Shown piece after piece: positions 63,476-64,000 of a DNA stretch of 64,000 bases. The first letter of the stretch is position 1, and each line of letters begins with the position of its first letter. Source of the stretch: an uncultured delta proteobacterium. Its GTDB lineage: Bacteria; Desulfobacterota; Desulfobaccia; Desulfobaccales; 0-14-0-80-60-11. The position numbers and the translations under genes were made by a program. The notes beneath the pieces are model-generated. The model saw only the letters and a program-made list of their open reading frames with translations. It did no database searches and had not been told where the DNA came from. Where the stretch lies: the NCBI GenBank assembly GCA_963709285.1, contig CAVPVR010000002.1, positions 1,491 to 65,490 of the forward strand, written 5' to 3'.

Positions 63476-64000
63476 TCAATCCTGGCGATTGATCAGGGCC
63501 GCCAGGTAGCCGGCCCCGAAGCCGTTGTCAATGTTTACTACCGCGATGCCGTTGGCGCAGGAATTGAGCATGGCCAAAAGGGCCGCCAGGCCCCCGAAGG
63601 CAGCCCCATAGCCCACACTGGTGGGCACCGCAATGACCGGGCGGTCCACTAGGCCCCCCACCACGCTGGGAAGCGCCCCCTCCATGCCCGCCACCACGAT
63701 AAAGACGGTGGCCTGGCGCAAGAGTTGCTGGTGCGCCAATAGCCGGTGCAAACCCGCTACTCCGCAGTCATAGAGGGTTTCCACCCGGTGCCCCATGATG
63801 CGGGCGGTGAGCGCGGCCTCCTCGGCCACCGGGATGTCCGAGGTGCCTGCCGAAAAGACCACAATGACACCCCGGCCCCGGTCGGGAACTTCGCCCCGGC
63901 TCAGGGTAAGCACCTGGGAAACGGGGTGATATTGGGCCTCAGGGAAATCGGCCACCAGGACCTCGGCCTTGTCAGGAGCCAGGCGGGTCATCAGGATATG
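63476..64000 (-). CDS. larB: Nickel-pincer cofactor biosynthesis protein LarB (PurE-like); N-terminus outside the window
   Basis: ORF 63476..63991, open to the window end. [16 protein letters not shown]...[17 protein letters not shown]...[24 protein letters not shown]...[10 protein letters not shown]. Confidence 0.85.
   Translation of the reverse strand, partial: HILMTRLAPDKAEVLVADFPEAQYHPVSQVLTLSRGEVPDRGRGVIVVFSAGTSDIPVAEEAALTARIMGHRVETLYDCGVAGLHRLLAHQQLLRQATVFIVVAGMEGALPSVVGGLVDRPVIAVPTSVGYGAAFGGLAALLAMLNSCANGIAVVNIDNGFGAGYLAALINRQD

Overview
GC-rich window (about 60% by eye, not computed) that looks like chromosomal DNA from a sulfate-reducing Desulfobacterota/Thermodesulfobacteriota-type bacterium. 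All identifications come from reading the translated ORFs and the DNA; no database search was run.

Core content:
- A complete dissimilatory sulfate-activation locus, sat-aprB-aprA-qmoA-qmoB-qmoC (38.9-47.4 kb).
- The hybrid-cluster protein gene hcp.
- mobA/mobB behind a Cys-rich MerR regulator.
- A FecCD/FepC-type ABC importer.
- Two-subunit class I fumarase, PBP1A, comM, cdd and larB (partial).
- Two class III nucleotide cyclases and several two-component proteins.

Most notable observations:
1. A lower-GC, tightly packed six-gene lipid-type operon directly downstream of tRNA-Arg. It encodes a CDP-alcohol phosphatidyltransferase, a DAG-kinase-like lipid kinase, a CdsA-like enzyme, a stand-alone thioester reductase, a rifampicin-phosphotransferase-like PEP-utilising dikinase and a divergent UbiA-like membrane protein. 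I cannot assign it to a known pathway.
2. A split YeeE/YedE sulfur/selenium transporter. Its first gene has an in-frame TGA at the conserved Cys of the GGC motif, followed by an fdhF-like SECIS hairpin, so it is probably a selenoprotein. The operon also encodes a His-rich ArsD-like protein and lies next to sat.
3. A sharply AT-rich ~550-bp insertion carrying an orphan membrane ORF, sitting between the permease and ATPase genes of the ABC operon.
4. A family of at least 13 G-tract/C-tract palindromic intergenic repeats, some with nested hairpin cargo.
5. At least 13 single-base (+1) frame disruptions in otherwise perfectly conserved genes, 7 of them in the sat-apr-qmo locus. These are most likely assembly indels.

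Also present: tRNA-Arg(CCG), tRNA-Glu(CUC) with an adjacent integrase fragment, and one IS5-family insertion sequence. No CRISPR array, rRNA or prophage was seen.
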